Source: a virus (lineage: Duplodnaviria > Caudoviricetes). Taken from it: DNA of 24,207 bases. The notes beneath the pieces are model-generated. The model ran no database searches, was not told where the DNA came from, and saw nothing but the letters and a program-made list of their open reading frames with translations. Shown here piece by piece: positions 9,393-18,336 of this stretch; the stretch's first letter is position 1, and every line of letters starts with the position of its first letter. The translations under genes were made by a program, and so were the position numbers. The stretch covers positions 1-24,207 of the IMG/VR virus record IMGVR_UViG_3300020556_000021; one strand, written 5' to 3'.

Positions 9393-10003
9393 TAATTATT
9401 TACCCATGAATTATTACTACCAGAACTTGTAGTCCAAGTAGTCGATGTTGGTGTTGTTCCTGTCCAAGGCTCTGAGCCTACCGATGATACTGTCCAAACT
9501 GTCGTACTAGGTGCTATACCTGTCCAAGCCTCTGTTCCTGCTGTCTCGCCTGTCCAATTATCGCCTAATATTCTGCCCAGGCAACTTACTGTAGAAGTGC
9601 TAGAAACAGATCCTAAAGCAGAAAATACTGCGTTTGCATAACACGCTATGTTAGCCAATGCGTTAACACTAGCGTTGCCAGAAAAGTCTACATTACCAAG
9701 TGTACTAACTGTCGTTACACATAGAATTTCACAGTTTGCTAGTCTTTGTCTAATTGCATTTGCTGTTATTGTTGCACTAGCAGATATAGAACCACTAAAA
9801 TCTCGTACTCTTGTACTAATAATATCTATGGTTGCATTTGCTGTAATACTAGCGTTAGCAGATTGAACTTTACTTCCAAGTACAGTAACAGAGGCTACAC
9901 AATTAATAGATCCATTTGCCTCTGTAGCGGTTACATCGCCTACACAATATCCTGTATCCCAATAACCATACAGGACATATTGATCTGCATATGCCATTAT
10001 CAA
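9392..10003 (-). CDS. Ser/Thr/Ala-rich virion protein with C-terminal Trp repeats
   Basis: 203 aa; YVLYGYWDTGY start, ~20-aa beta repeats, Trp every 10 residues at the C-terminus. Confidence 0.6.
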   Translation of the reverse strand: MIMAYADQYVLYGYWDTGYCVGDVTATEANGSINCVASVTVLGSKVQSANASITANATIDIISTRVRDFSGSISASATITANAIRQRLANCEILCVTTVSTLGNVDFSGNASVNALANIACYANAVFSALGSVSSTSTVSCLGRILGDNWTGETAGTEAWTGIAPSTTVWTVSSVGSEPWTGTTPTSTTWTTSSGSNNSWVNN

Positions 10004-10239
10004 TCCTCTACACTAGCATATTCAATTAATTCTTGGTCAGCATTATTTACGAATGGCTCAAGTTTCCAAACTTGCTTCCAAACACCATCTATCATTTGTG
10101 GCTCGCATTCTACAGCTACCATTCCTGATTCTTTTGGTGCTGGTGTAGGAATAACTAATAAAATATTGTTTTGTTTAAGTAGTTCAATATCAGTTGTATT
10201 GGGTACGCTTCCATCGCTATTTAATAAAAATTGTTTCAT
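10000..10239 (-). CDS. Small protein, putative tail fibre assembly protein
   Basis: 79 aa; PQMIDGVWKQVW motif; directly follows the Gly-rich fibre; SD AAGGA. Confidence 0.55.
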   Translation of the reverse strand: MKQFLLNSDGSVPNTTDIELLKQNNILLVIPTPAPKESGMVAVECEPQMIDGVWKQVWKLEPFVNNADQELIEYASVED

Positions 10240-10248
10240 GCGTAGTCC

Positions 10249-11418
10249 TTAGAAGAATGTGATAACCATAACGCTTCCATCACCCCCGTTACCACCAGCA
10301 CCTGAGTCGTAAGCATTTTGACAAGCTCCTCCTCCTCCACCGCCAGCAGAGTTTCCACCATTACCGCCATTACCGCCATTGGCTGTTATCTGAGATGCAC
10401 CACCACCACCACCACTTCCGCCTATGTAGTAATTGGTTGAGTTAGATCCAGAACCTGCGTTTGGAACGGCTGTTGTGCCAGCAATGCCACCACCACCAGT
10501 TGTTTGTGTTGCGGTTGATATAACTCCAGCACCACCTTCACCGCCTGCACCACCAGCATTAGCTACTGGAGCTGCTACAACTATGCCACCAGCAGAAGCA
10601 CCACCACCGCCTGATTTACCGCCCCTAGTCCCTGCTGAACCAGCTTGACCCCTTGTGGCAGTAACACCAGCCCCTGATAAAACAGTTGTACCTACAACAA
10701 TAGAAACAAAATTAGAGTTATTAGTTGACCCGCTACCACCGCCTGATGTTCCTGTAGTGCCACCACCACCAGCAATTCCACCCCTAGCTACGCACCAAGA
10801 GCCAAAAGAAGAACTAGTGCCAGCAGTTCCAGCATTGCCAACACCCGCTACTGTTACAGATGCACCACCTGTACCACCAGTACCAGTTGTAACTGTTTCT
10901 GTGCTTCCTAATAAAACGGCAGGAATAAGTAATTCAGACCAGCCACCTGTTCCACCGCCATTGCCACCTGAGATGGCAGCAGTTATTGGTGAGGCTATTT
11001 GCTTATAGCCTGAGCCACCGCCACCACCTGCACCTTGGCAGACAATGTAAACCAACTTAGCACCTGCTGGTTTAGTCCATGTAGATGTTCCAGCAGTTGT
11101 AAATTCTTGGATGTTAGCGGAAGAAATGCCGCCTGATGCAGTAGACCATATTGGTGTGTTTCCTGCTCCTTGTGAAGTCAAAACTTGACCACTTGTGCCT
11201 TCTGAACCATCAAAGCTAGTAGTTCCAGTTACAGATAAATCAGTAAAAGAGCCAGCAACAGCAGTCGTAGCACCAATAGATGTGTTGTTGATTGTGCCAC
11301 CTGTGATGTCAGCAGCAGTCTTTTCTACCTTATCTGTATTAAGATTGGTAAAGTTAGCATCTACCTCTACATGGGTAAGCGGAGAGCCTTTACCGGCTCT
11401 GGTAACAATAGTAGACAT
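10249..11418 (-). CDS. Glycine-rich tail fibre protein
   Basis: 389 aa; N-terminal TRAGKGSPLTHVEVDANFTNLN anchor, GTSGQVLTSQG..P.W motif, then FTTAGTSTWTKPAG..GAGGGGG glycine-rich domain ending GGDGSVMV. Confidence 0.8.
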   Translation of the reverse strand: MSTIVTRAGKGSPLTHVEVDANFTNLNTDKVEKTAADITGGTINNTSIGATTAVAGSFTDLSVTGTTSFDGSEGTSGQVLTSQGAGNTPIWSTASGGISSANIQEFTTAGTSTWTKPAGAKLVYIVCQGAGGGGGSGYKQIASPITAAISGGNGGGTGGWSELLIPAVLLGSTETVTTGTGGTGGASVTVAGVGNAGTAGTSSSFGSWCVARGGIAGGGGTTGTSGGGSGSTNNSNFVSIVVGTTVLSGAGVTATRGQAGSAGTRGGKSGGGGASAGGIVVAAPVANAGGAGGEGGAGVISTATQTTGGGGIAGTTAVPNAGSGSNSTNYYIGGSGGGGGASQITANGGNGGNGGNSAGGGGGGACQNAYDSGAGGNGGDGSVMVITFF

Positions 11419-11419
11419 A

Positions 11420-11806
11420 TTAAGCTAAGGTAACAGATAGATTACCGATTGCGATCTTAAATACATCTCCTGTTTCTATTGTTTTAGAACTGTCTAGTGC
11501 TGTATGGTAGTACAGATTACCGCTTGTGCTTGCATCCAATATTCCAATATGGCTTACTGTTCCCCAAGTCGATGTGCATTGTGGAAACTCTACTGCAGCA
11601 GAGTTTGTAGATACACCATTGCTCGGCGCACCAAAAGTTATTGATTGGCGAGCATACGATCCACCACTTACCTCTGTGCCTGTACCAGCATCTGTTGGGT
11701 CTGCTGTATAAAGACCAACATAGACTACAGAAGGAGAGGTAAAAGTTGTTGCTCGTAGAGTTGCATTGATTAGTGCGTTCTCTAGGTAGTTTGACATTTC
11801 AGCCAT
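11420..11806 (-). CDS. Small virion structural protein (fibre-associated)
   Basis: 128 aa; SNYLENAL...YVGLYTADPTDAGTGTEVSGGSYARQ...WGTVSHIGILDA, a widespread phage structural family. Confidence 0.7.
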   Translation of the reverse strand: MAEMSNYLENALINATLRATTFTSPSVVYVGLYTADPTDAGTGTEVSGGSYARQSITFGAPSNGVSTNSAAVEFPQCTSTWGTVSHIGILDASTSGNLYYHTALDSSKTIETGDVFKIAIGNLSVTLA

Positions 11807-11815
11807 GGTATTTCC

Positions 11816-12436
11816 TTATCGTGAGGTTACGCGCATTTGTAATGGAACACCCGAATACTCGCTATTTTGGTCTGCATCGGATATGTTTTTAATTGCTCTG
11901 TCGTACAAGGTTGCCCATGTCTGACTTCTTGCATCATTAATTAAGTATGGCTCTGCTTCTAAAAGCGAGGCATAGAGGAGAGCATCTGGATAATTAGCAA
12001 GAAATACATTGCTTGCATTACCAGTAGACAATACAGTAGGTTTAGCATAGTAGAGAATCTCCAATGTATACGCTGTGTCTGGTTTTGGTGCTAATTCAAA
12101 CTCGCTTGCCAGGATTGTGTAATAAATTGGTTTGCCACTCTCGTCTGCCGGAGCATCCCTAGTAAACAGACTAGGAGACATATAGGTAATAGGGTATCTT
12201 GGGTTGCCTTGGATATGCAAATCCCGAATCTCTAAAAAGTCTGTCGGTAACGCTACTTTGCCATCACCACTTACTGTTAATGCTGTAGCTGACTCTAACA
12301 TCTGTCGAGTGCGTAGGTCTCTTGCCATGCGTAGCTCTGCAAAGCTAATAAAGTCGGGGATAACCGAGGTTAAGTCTGATCGACCTAAGTAGTTAGCCAC
12401 CGATGCTTTGAGATCGGTAAAGTTTGTATAAGCCAT
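11816..12436 (-). CDS. Head-tail adaptor (tail tubular A / P22 gp4-like)
   Basis: 206 aa; DLKASVANYLGRSDLTSVIPDFISFAE, LPTDFLE, LAPKPD, YPDALLYASL motifs. Confidence 0.75.
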   Translation of the reverse strand: MAYTNFTDLKASVANYLGRSDLTSVIPDFISFAELRMARDLRTRQMLESATALTVSGDGKVALPTDFLEIRDLHIQGNPRYPITYMSPSLFTRDAPADESGKPIYYTILASEFELAPKPDTAYTLEILYYAKPTVLSTGNASNVFLANYPDALLYASLLEAEPYLINDARSQTWATLYDRAIKNISDADQNSEYSGVPLQMRVTSR

Positions 12437-12444
12437 AATCTCTC

Positions 12445-13083
12445 TTAATCTTTTGGTATTTCGATGTTGTCCCAGCCATAGACATACTGCCCAATGTGCC
12501 GGATGCCTTTAGATAGATCGTGATCTACCCAAGTATCAAATCCTGCATCTTTTGCTTTTATGCAAAAGTAAATATCCTCGCCTAATATCTTATTATTGCC
12601 AAGTTGCTCAAAGTAGAAATAAGGTTCTTCCATCGCCTTAAACACTTTAGTTTTAACCAACATTACTCCGCAGCCAATGCCATCAGCCTTACTGATTCCT
12701 GACATTGCGTTGGAATAAATAGGAAACCAATCGACAGACCCATCCACTTCGCTTATTTTGAAGTTTTTGGCTGTCGGTTTGACAGGCTCAGATCGTGTTG
12801 TCGCATTGACTCCGATAATATCCTTATCGTGTGCCATGAGGATCTTGAGTGTGTCCTTTGGAAACCGCATATCAGCATCTACAAATAACAGATAATCTGC
12901 TTTTATTTCTAATGCTGTCTTAACTAAACTATTGCGCTGGTCAAATATTAGCGTTCCAGCACTCGTAAACAGGTCTATATCGTGTTTTGTGGTCTTAATG
13001 GTATACGCACACATTGCCACCAAATCAAACGCTGTAGCGACCTCCATTTGCCCTCTAGCGGGAATACAAATAGCGATTCTCAT
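12445..13083 (-). CDS. GT-A fold (GT2-like) glycosyltransferase
   Basis: 212 aa; IAICIP beta-1, RN motif, YLLFVDAD (DxD), GCGVMLVK, GEDIYFC, HIG; no transmembrane segment. Confidence 0.8.
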   Translation of the reverse strand: MRIAICIPARGQMEVATAFDLVAMCAYTIKTTKHDIDLFTSAGTLIFDQRNSLVKTALEIKADYLLFVDADMRFPKDTLKILMAHDKDIIGVNATTRSEPVKPTAKNFKISEVDGSVDWFPIYSNAMSGISKADGIGCGVMLVKTKVFKAMEEPYFYFEQLGNNKILGEDIYFCIKAKDAGFDTWVDHDLSKGIRHIGQYVYGWDNIEIPKD

Positions 13084-13421
13084 ACCTCACCCCCTCTTGT
13101 TCTAAACACCCTGTTATCGGGGTCATTTAGCCATTTCTTGAGGGCTTTAGGGTCTTGGATATGAAAGCCACGCATAATGCCTTTAGCGTTCAGATCATTA
13201 ATAATTGCTAGTGGTAACTCTGCTATCTTGTTCTTTGGGTCAAACACTTCGCCTGACCATCCTGTTTTGCTAGGATTGTTGTTGTACTGCGCTTTTGTAT
13301 GCTCTGCAAAATCCGTTAAATCGGTTTGGGAGTGAATAACAATCCCACCATCGCCATCCGATAATGCTGTACGAATCTCGCCATCTACAGTTTCTAAGTA
13401 TTTCTTCACAGTTTGATCCAC
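13080..13421 (-). CDS. Conserved phage hypothetical protein downstream of the capsid gene
   Basis: KIAELP...KKWLNDPDNRVFRTRGG motif. The true start may be GTG at 13409 (GTGA overlap with the GT11 stop, AAAGGTGG SD upstream). Confidence 0.7.
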   Translation of the reverse strand: MDQTVKKYLETVDGEIRTALSDGDGGIVIHSQTDLTDFAEHTKAQYNNNPSKTGWSGEVFDPKNKIAELPLAIINDLNAKGIMRGFHIQDPKALKKWLNDPDNRVFRTRGGEV

Positions 13422-14104
13422 CTTTCAGGAATTAAATCGCTATCGTCTAGCCCATTGGTGAACCACTTTTTTGGTGCTACTACTTTGTTTCCTTTGGCAA
13501 GCCAAGCACCCCACCAACCATACGAGCTATTCGCTATGATATGGTTTTTAAAGGAAGAAAGCAACGCTAAATCTTGCACAGGATTGTTACAAGGCATGAC
13601 CATATCAGCCCATTCTAGGTTCTCTACACACCACTTAGGGTCATCGGAGAAAACCACAAAAACGCTGTTAGGGAAGTTTTTTCTAGCCTCCCTATAGTAA
13701 GCCTCATCCAACTGTACGAAAACATCTGGTAGGCTCAAATAATCGCCCCTACGGACTGTTACTGCCACCATGTTCTCGTCTATCTCTGCCTTGGGTAAAT
13801 AGAACTCCTTGCGGATCTCATCTTCTACACAATCAAAGTATTTCTCTGACTGCCAGTAGCCCACCATCATTCCTGACTTGGTGATCTCTTGGTAACTATG
13901 TTGTCTTTCCTTTATTGACTCCGCAAAATTATCTGTTACATGAAACGATATAGGGAAAACACCTAGTTCATACTGTCTATTTTTGTTTACTTCATAAAAT
14001 GTTGTGTTCAACTCTAGGGTTTCCCCTAATGTTTTAGCAACTGCGTATCCTGCTGCGTATTGGAACATCTGGTTGCCCAGACCTCCCATAATGTAAACGA
14101 TCAT
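13406..14104 (-). CDS. Alpha-1,2-fucosyltransferase family (GT11) glycosyltransferase
   Basis: 232 aa; GGLGNQMFQYA, GYWQSEKYF, VRRGDY, VFSDDPKW, HIIANSSYGWWGAWL, VVAPKKWF, LIPERWIKL are all GT11 hallmark motifs. Confidence 0.92.
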   Translation of the reverse strand: MIVYIMGGLGNQMFQYAAGYAVAKTLGETLELNTTFYEVNKNRQYELGVFPISFHVTDNFAESIKERQHSYQEITKSGMMVGYWQSEKYFDCVEDEIRKEFYLPKAEIDENMVAVTVRRGDYLSLPDVFVQLDEAYYREARKNFPNSVFVVFSDDPKWCVENLEWADMVMPCNNPVQDLALLSSFKNHIIANSSYGWWGAWLAKGNKVVAPKKWFTNGLDDSDLIPERWIKL

Positions 14105-14140
14105 AGAAAAGAGGGTAGATTTTGTCTACCCTCTATTCTA
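14104..14140 (-). terminator. Intrinsic terminator-like hairpin after the major capsid gene
   Basis: Minus strand AGAGGGTAGA-CAAAA-TCTACCCTCT followed by TTTCT; 10-bp stem extendable by TAGAA/TTCTA; short U tract suggests leaky termination. Confidence 0.75.
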
Positions 14141-14158
14141 CTTATTATCTACTTAATA

Positions 14159-15109
14159 TCAAGCAGATAAGTCAAATGCGCCACCATGAGCAGCTTCGTT
14201 GCGAACTTCCAAGGTCAATTCAGCCAAGATTTGCTTCTTGTCAGCATCGCCAACTTTAGCAATATCATTGGTTTGGAATGGTCGGAGGTACGCTAATGCT
14301 GCATACTCAGGATCGAGTACGAGGGCATCACGAGTACGCATAAAGCGGTTAGGAACAATCTGCAATACACCAAAGTCGGACTGATATAAATCAGCACCGG
14401 CTAGGATGGTTGCTTGACCATTCGTAGGTACTTGATAGCGTTGTGCAGCCAAGCCAGTAAAGCCTGATACTGTCTGCTTGAGAGCAGGCGATACCATCAA
14501 TACGGAAGGTGTGCCACCACTAATGAATACCTTGCTGATAACATCCTTGAGGATGGTTTCAGTAAAAGTACGAGTTGTACCATCGGTACGGACTGATACA
14601 CCAATTGTGGTTGGGTCTACACCAGCAGTTGTGCCAGCAGACTTGTTGGTGTTTGTCTTGATGTAAGACAACAACGAACTCATCTTACGAGCTACAGAGC
14701 CAGATGTACCTGCTGCTTGAGCTTGGTTAGCGGTAATGATTGTCTCAATATCACGCTTGATCTCAGCAGAAGCCTTAGCCAACTGGTAAGCCATCTCAGA
14801 CTTACGACCAGCAAGGTCAGAAGCCAAGAGAGTACCAGAAACCATAACAGTCTTACCAACGATCTGTGTAAGGTTGCCAAGGCGTGTGGTTGGGGTGATT
14901 GTTGCCTCAGAAGCACTTGCACCTTCAACTAATGCGTTGGAAGTGGTAGCTGCTGCGAGGGCATCAGTCTGCCATTCGTGATTAACGGAAGTCGCTTTGG
15001 TTTTGCCAATAGACGACATGATTGGGGTGTCGGTAGGGCTGATGTCATAAATAACATCGGTTAAGTCCTCACGCGCACCAATAGCGGTATAGCGATCATA
15101 TGCTGCCAT
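14159..15109 (-). CDS. Major capsid protein (DUF5309 / SU10-like)
   Basis: 316 aa; AIGAREDLTDVIYDISPTDTP, HEWQTD, EIKRDIE, YQSDFG, PNRF motifs; follows the scaffold; SD AAGGA. Confidence 0.92.
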   Translation of the reverse strand: MAAYDRYTAIGAREDLTDVIYDISPTDTPIMSSIGKTKATSVNHEWQTDALAAATTSNALVEGASASEATITPTTRLGNLTQIVGKTVMVSGTLLASDLAGRKSEMAYQLAKASAEIKRDIETIITANQAQAAGTSGSVARKMSSLLSYIKTNTNKSAGTTAGVDPTTIGVSVRTDGTTRTFTETILKDVISKVFISGGTPSVLMVSPALKQTVSGFTGLAAQRYQVPTNGQATILAGADLYQSDFGVLQIVPNRFMRTRDALVLDPEYAALAYLRPFQTNDIAKVGDADKKQILAELTLEVRNEAAHGGAFDLSA

Positions 15110-15121
15110 GATTAAATTCCT

Positions 15122-16078
15122 TTATAAAAATCGTTCAAATAAACGAACTGCATCCTTTTTATTGCCAGATTGGCGTAATGCAGCTCTTTCTTTTTTTAAT
15201 GCTTCATTATCAGAACTCTGCGGATTAGAAGTTCCTGGTCGAATAGTCTTAGGAGCAGTAGCTACTTTCTTAGAAGTAACACCCTTGTTTGCCATCAACT
15301 TATCGTACTGTGCTGCTTTATAGATCATGAGTACAGCGCGACTATCGTAAACCTGAGACAACTCTTGATCTGAGAATCCTTGAGCCTTTGCATAATTGCG
15401 TATGTCTCTACGGATTACTTCGGCTTTCACATCGTCTTTAAACTCTGGGATAGCCTCTACAAGTTTTGCCTGCTCTGCTTGGATATGCTTTTGCAATTGT
15501 GCTTGTTGGTGGGACTGCTGTTCTTGTTGAACTCGCTGTCTTTCCATCTGCACCGCTTGCAACTGCTTATCTCGTTCCATCTTCTCTCCCATTGCAACTG
15601 CGTAAGCAATCGGATCTTCTGCCTTGAGTGATGCTAGGTCTTGGCTTTGATCTTGTTGCTGTAACAATTGTTCAATGACTTGGAGTCGTTGGGCATAGGT
15701 TTCTCTGGTCTTTGCTGCTTCATCAATCTTTACTCGATCAGCCTCTACAGCCTTTCGTTGTTCCGCTAAAGATTGAGTTTTCTTCTGATAATCGGCAGTC
15801 CTACTGTAACCATTCAAAAGTTCATCAAGGCTAACTTCCACTTCTTCACCAGAGACTTTAACTCGGTATTTGGGGAGTTCCTCTACTTCTTCTTCTTGGC
15901 TTTCAGCTTCTTCTGCACTTACATCTTGCTCCTCGGACTCGGCAGAATACTCTGCCTCACTAGGTTCTGGTTGGGCTTGCGCCTCCTCCGCTTGTGGTTC
16001 AAGAAAAGACATAAATGCATTAGCTGCACCTGATACAGAATTGTCTACACTCCCTTGTGGGTTGGTGTTTTCACTCAT
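15122..16078 (-). CDS. Capsid scaffolding protein
   Basis: 318 aa; acidic N-terminus, YRVKVSGEEVEVSLDELLNGYSRTADYQKKTQSLAEQRK, coiled coil, basic C-terminal helix. Confidence 0.85.
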   Translation of the reverse strand: MSENTNPQGSVDNSVSGAANAFMSFLEPQAEEAQAQPEPSEAEYSAESEEQDVSAEEAESQEEEVEELPKYRVKVSGEEVEVSLDELLNGYSRTADYQKKTQSLAEQRKAVEADRVKIDEAAKTRETYAQRLQVIEQLLQQQDQSQDLASLKAEDPIAYAVAMGEKMERDKQLQAVQMERQRVQQEQQSHQQAQLQKHIQAEQAKLVEAIPEFKDDVKAEVIRRDIRNYAKAQGFSDQELSQVYDSRAVLMIYKAAQYDKLMANKGVTSKKVATAPKTIRPGTSNPQSSDNEALKKERAALRQSGNKKDAVRLFERFL

Positions 16079-16096
16079 TTTCGACCTCTATGGTTG

Positions 16097-16327
16097 TTAA
16101 AAAACCTTTACACGCTTCTTTTCAATTTCGCCATTGTGTGCGATTGATTGAATAGATGCTTCAAATTCCTCTAGTGCCTTTAGTTTTACTAAGGCTTTCT
16201 CTCTGCCTTCTACATCATGCTCGGCAGAACTAAAGATATACGACTTGAATGAGTCTTTCTGAGCCTGTAACAACTCTTGGAAAAACTCATCACCTAATAA
16301 TGTTTTAGCTCTATCTACTTTGTTCAT
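16097..16327 (-). CDS. Small conserved protein between portal and scaffold
   Basis: 76 aa helical (RAKTLLGDEFF...REKAL); ATGA-coupled to the portal stop. Confidence 0.75.
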   Translation of the reverse strand: MNKVDRAKTLLGDEFFQELLQAQKDSFKSYIFSSAEHDVEGREKALVKLKALEEFEASIQSIAHNGEIEKKRVKVF

Positions 16328-18336
16328 CCAGGTATCCTGACATCTCCGCTAATTTTAGCCCCGATTTGTGCTGCCTTCAATTGGGCTTCTGCTTGGAACT
16401 CTGCTGTCTTGAGTTCTAGGTTAGCTGCTGCCTTCTCTCTTTCGAGTTGGATAGAGGCTGCTGCTTTTGCTTTAGCGATTTCGATGTCGTTAATGGCTTT
16501 GGCTCTGTCTGTTTCGATCTGTGCCTGTGCCTGTTGCATCATCATATCTAACGCAGGGTTAGGCTGTTGTTGCTGTGGCTGTGGCTGAGACAACTGTTGG
16601 TCTAGCTCTGGTGGAATCTCTTTAAAGAACTCCATCGAGTCTTTGTACCCTGCTGCCTCGATAAACTTACCAAGTGTGTTGCGATACTGACCTACGCTGA
16701 CTAACGGATTAGCAAAGCCTTGGGTTGTCAGAATCTGCTCTTGTTTCTGCATGACCATTGCTGCCATAGCCATCTTTTGATCTTGGCTACCTGTGCCTAG
16801 ACCAACATTAACTGTTACATCGTAGTTGTTCTTCCACTCTCTTGGGTCGATAGAGACATACTTGCCTCGTAAACGAATGACCCTTGGCTTGTCCTGATAC
16901 TTTAGGATCAAGTGGAATATGCCTGCGAATAAGTCTTTTACACCTGTATCGGCAAAGATTCTAGCAATCATCTCAAGTTTGCCAGAGCCTGCTTGTTGCA
17001 TCATTGCAATCGCTGTGGCTGTGGTGTTTTGTAGAATGTTAGGATCTATGCCTTGGCTTGTCTGCGTAACACCTGAACGCTTCTGCAATACCTGATCCAT
17101 GTAATCAAGCATTGGGAACGACTGTGATGCTGTTGCCGGTACAGATAATGGCTGAACCGCACCTTGAGACTTAATCCGCACTACACCGCCAGGCGATGAG
17201 GTTAGTAGGTCATCTAGGTTTACTTGTCCGTCTAGGGCTGTAACCCTAGGCATATTGGTTAGGTACAGGTTATCTAGGATCTGACGAGTAATCGTAGACT
17301 TGATAAGCTGTATGTCCATTGCTCTGTCGGCTAGACTCTGACCAAAGAACTTGTGTGGCATAGGAATCGGGCAGATGCTTGCAAAAGGAATGTGATCTGT
17401 TTCCTCGTTGTCAATAATTTGATCGCCTGCATAGACTACCTTGCGGAGTTCTGCAATCCCATCACCATCAAAGTCGGTACGAATATAGCACTCGAACAAC
17501 TCTACTTCTTGCATCGTAAAGTCTAGGCTTTGTGTCTCGTCTGGCATCTCGCCTGCGCTGTACCTTGCCACTCTTTCAGGAGTGTAAGTAAGGTCGTTGT
17601 ACGCTGGCATCTTGTCCACTTTGTCTTGTGGATAGCCCATAGCGATTAAGTCTGAACGAGTCTTAACTGTGCGATGTGCGACAAATCGTGCGTTCTTGAT
17701 GCTCTTATCGCGCTTGGCGATTAAGAACTCCTCTGGTGGCACATTCTCTACACAGACCTTACCGACTTCTTTTTTCTTCTTGATAACTACATTGTATGAA
17801 AGGATAGGCATACCCATTGGGTCTATGCCGACTTCCTCGGTCTCTTGGCTGATTAACTCCATCTCGCCATCAGCAAACAGAAGTGTTAGTTCTTCTGCGT
17901 TCAGACCTTTGTATTCTTCCTTGGTAGGATCTTCGCTATCCTCCCACCAATACTTAACGATTCCATTCTTCTGTAAAAGTGCATCCTTCATCCAGTTATG
18001 TAGGATGATGACACCATCGTTATCGCTAAAGAACACATAGTTTGTCAGTTCAGTAGCTTGCTTGGCGAACTCCTCGTCTCCTGGCATCCTTGGCTCAAAC
18101 CGACCTAATTCGTCTGATCCAGCAAAGATACGCATTAACTGAGGTAAAGCACCATCTACGACCTCGGCTACTTCGCCTGTTACGATCTTAGAACGACCAT
18201 CTACCTCGTTGCCATACTCGTAACGATTGTAGTAGTTGATCGCCTTTGTGCGTTGCTCTACTGTTTCGGTCTCTACATAGCCGATAGAATCGTCTATCTC
18301 TGCTTCGAGAATGACCTTTAGTTTTTGTTCATCCAT
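16324..18336 (-). CDS. Portal protein (P22/SU10-like)
   Basis: 670 aa; GRSKIV, DALLQKNGIVK, ENVPPEEF, PMPHKFFGQS, Gln-rich C-terminal coiled coil; follows terL. Confidence 0.93.
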   Translation of the reverse strand: MDEQKLKVILEAEIDDSIGYVETETVEQRTKAINYYNRYEYGNEVDGRSKIVTGEVAEVVDGALPQLMRIFAGSDELGRFEPRMPGDEEFAKQATELTNYVFFSDNDGVIILHNWMKDALLQKNGIVKYWWEDSEDPTKEEYKGLNAEELTLLFADGEMELISQETEEVGIDPMGMPILSYNVVIKKKKEVGKVCVENVPPEEFLIAKRDKSIKNARFVAHRTVKTRSDLIAMGYPQDKVDKMPAYNDLTYTPERVARYSAGEMPDETQSLDFTMQEVELFECYIRTDFDGDGIAELRKVVYAGDQIIDNEETDHIPFASICPIPMPHKFFGQSLADRAMDIQLIKSTITRQILDNLYLTNMPRVTALDGQVNLDDLLTSSPGGVVRIKSQGAVQPLSVPATASQSFPMLDYMDQVLQKRSGVTQTSQGIDPNILQNTTATAIAMMQQAGSGKLEMIARIFADTGVKDLFAGIFHLILKYQDKPRVIRLRGKYVSIDPREWKNNYDVTVNVGLGTGSQDQKMAMAAMVMQKQEQILTTQGFANPLVSVGQYRNTLGKFIEAAGYKDSMEFFKEIPPELDQQLSQPQPQQQQPNPALDMMMQQAQAQIETDRAKAINDIEIAKAKAAASIQLEREKAAANLELKTAEFQAEAQLKAAQIGAKISGDVRIPG

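Noticed and set aside
10330-11040. CCACCACC/CCGCC repeats as a DNA repeat array or diversity-generating retroelement
   Set aside because: Explained by poly-Gly coding; no reverse transcriptase or template/variable repeat pair seen.
12445-14104. Glycosyltransferases as a serotype-conversion or DNA-hypermodification cassette
   Set aside because: Disfavoured rather than excluded: no membrane GtrABC-like components, no separate promoter, no base-hydroxylase or hydroxymethylase genes in the window, and the genes sit in the late head operon.
14153-14161. Stop read-through or frameshift extending the capsid protein into GT11
   Set aside because: TGA is followed by TAT TAA in frame, and no slippery sequence was seen at the gene end.
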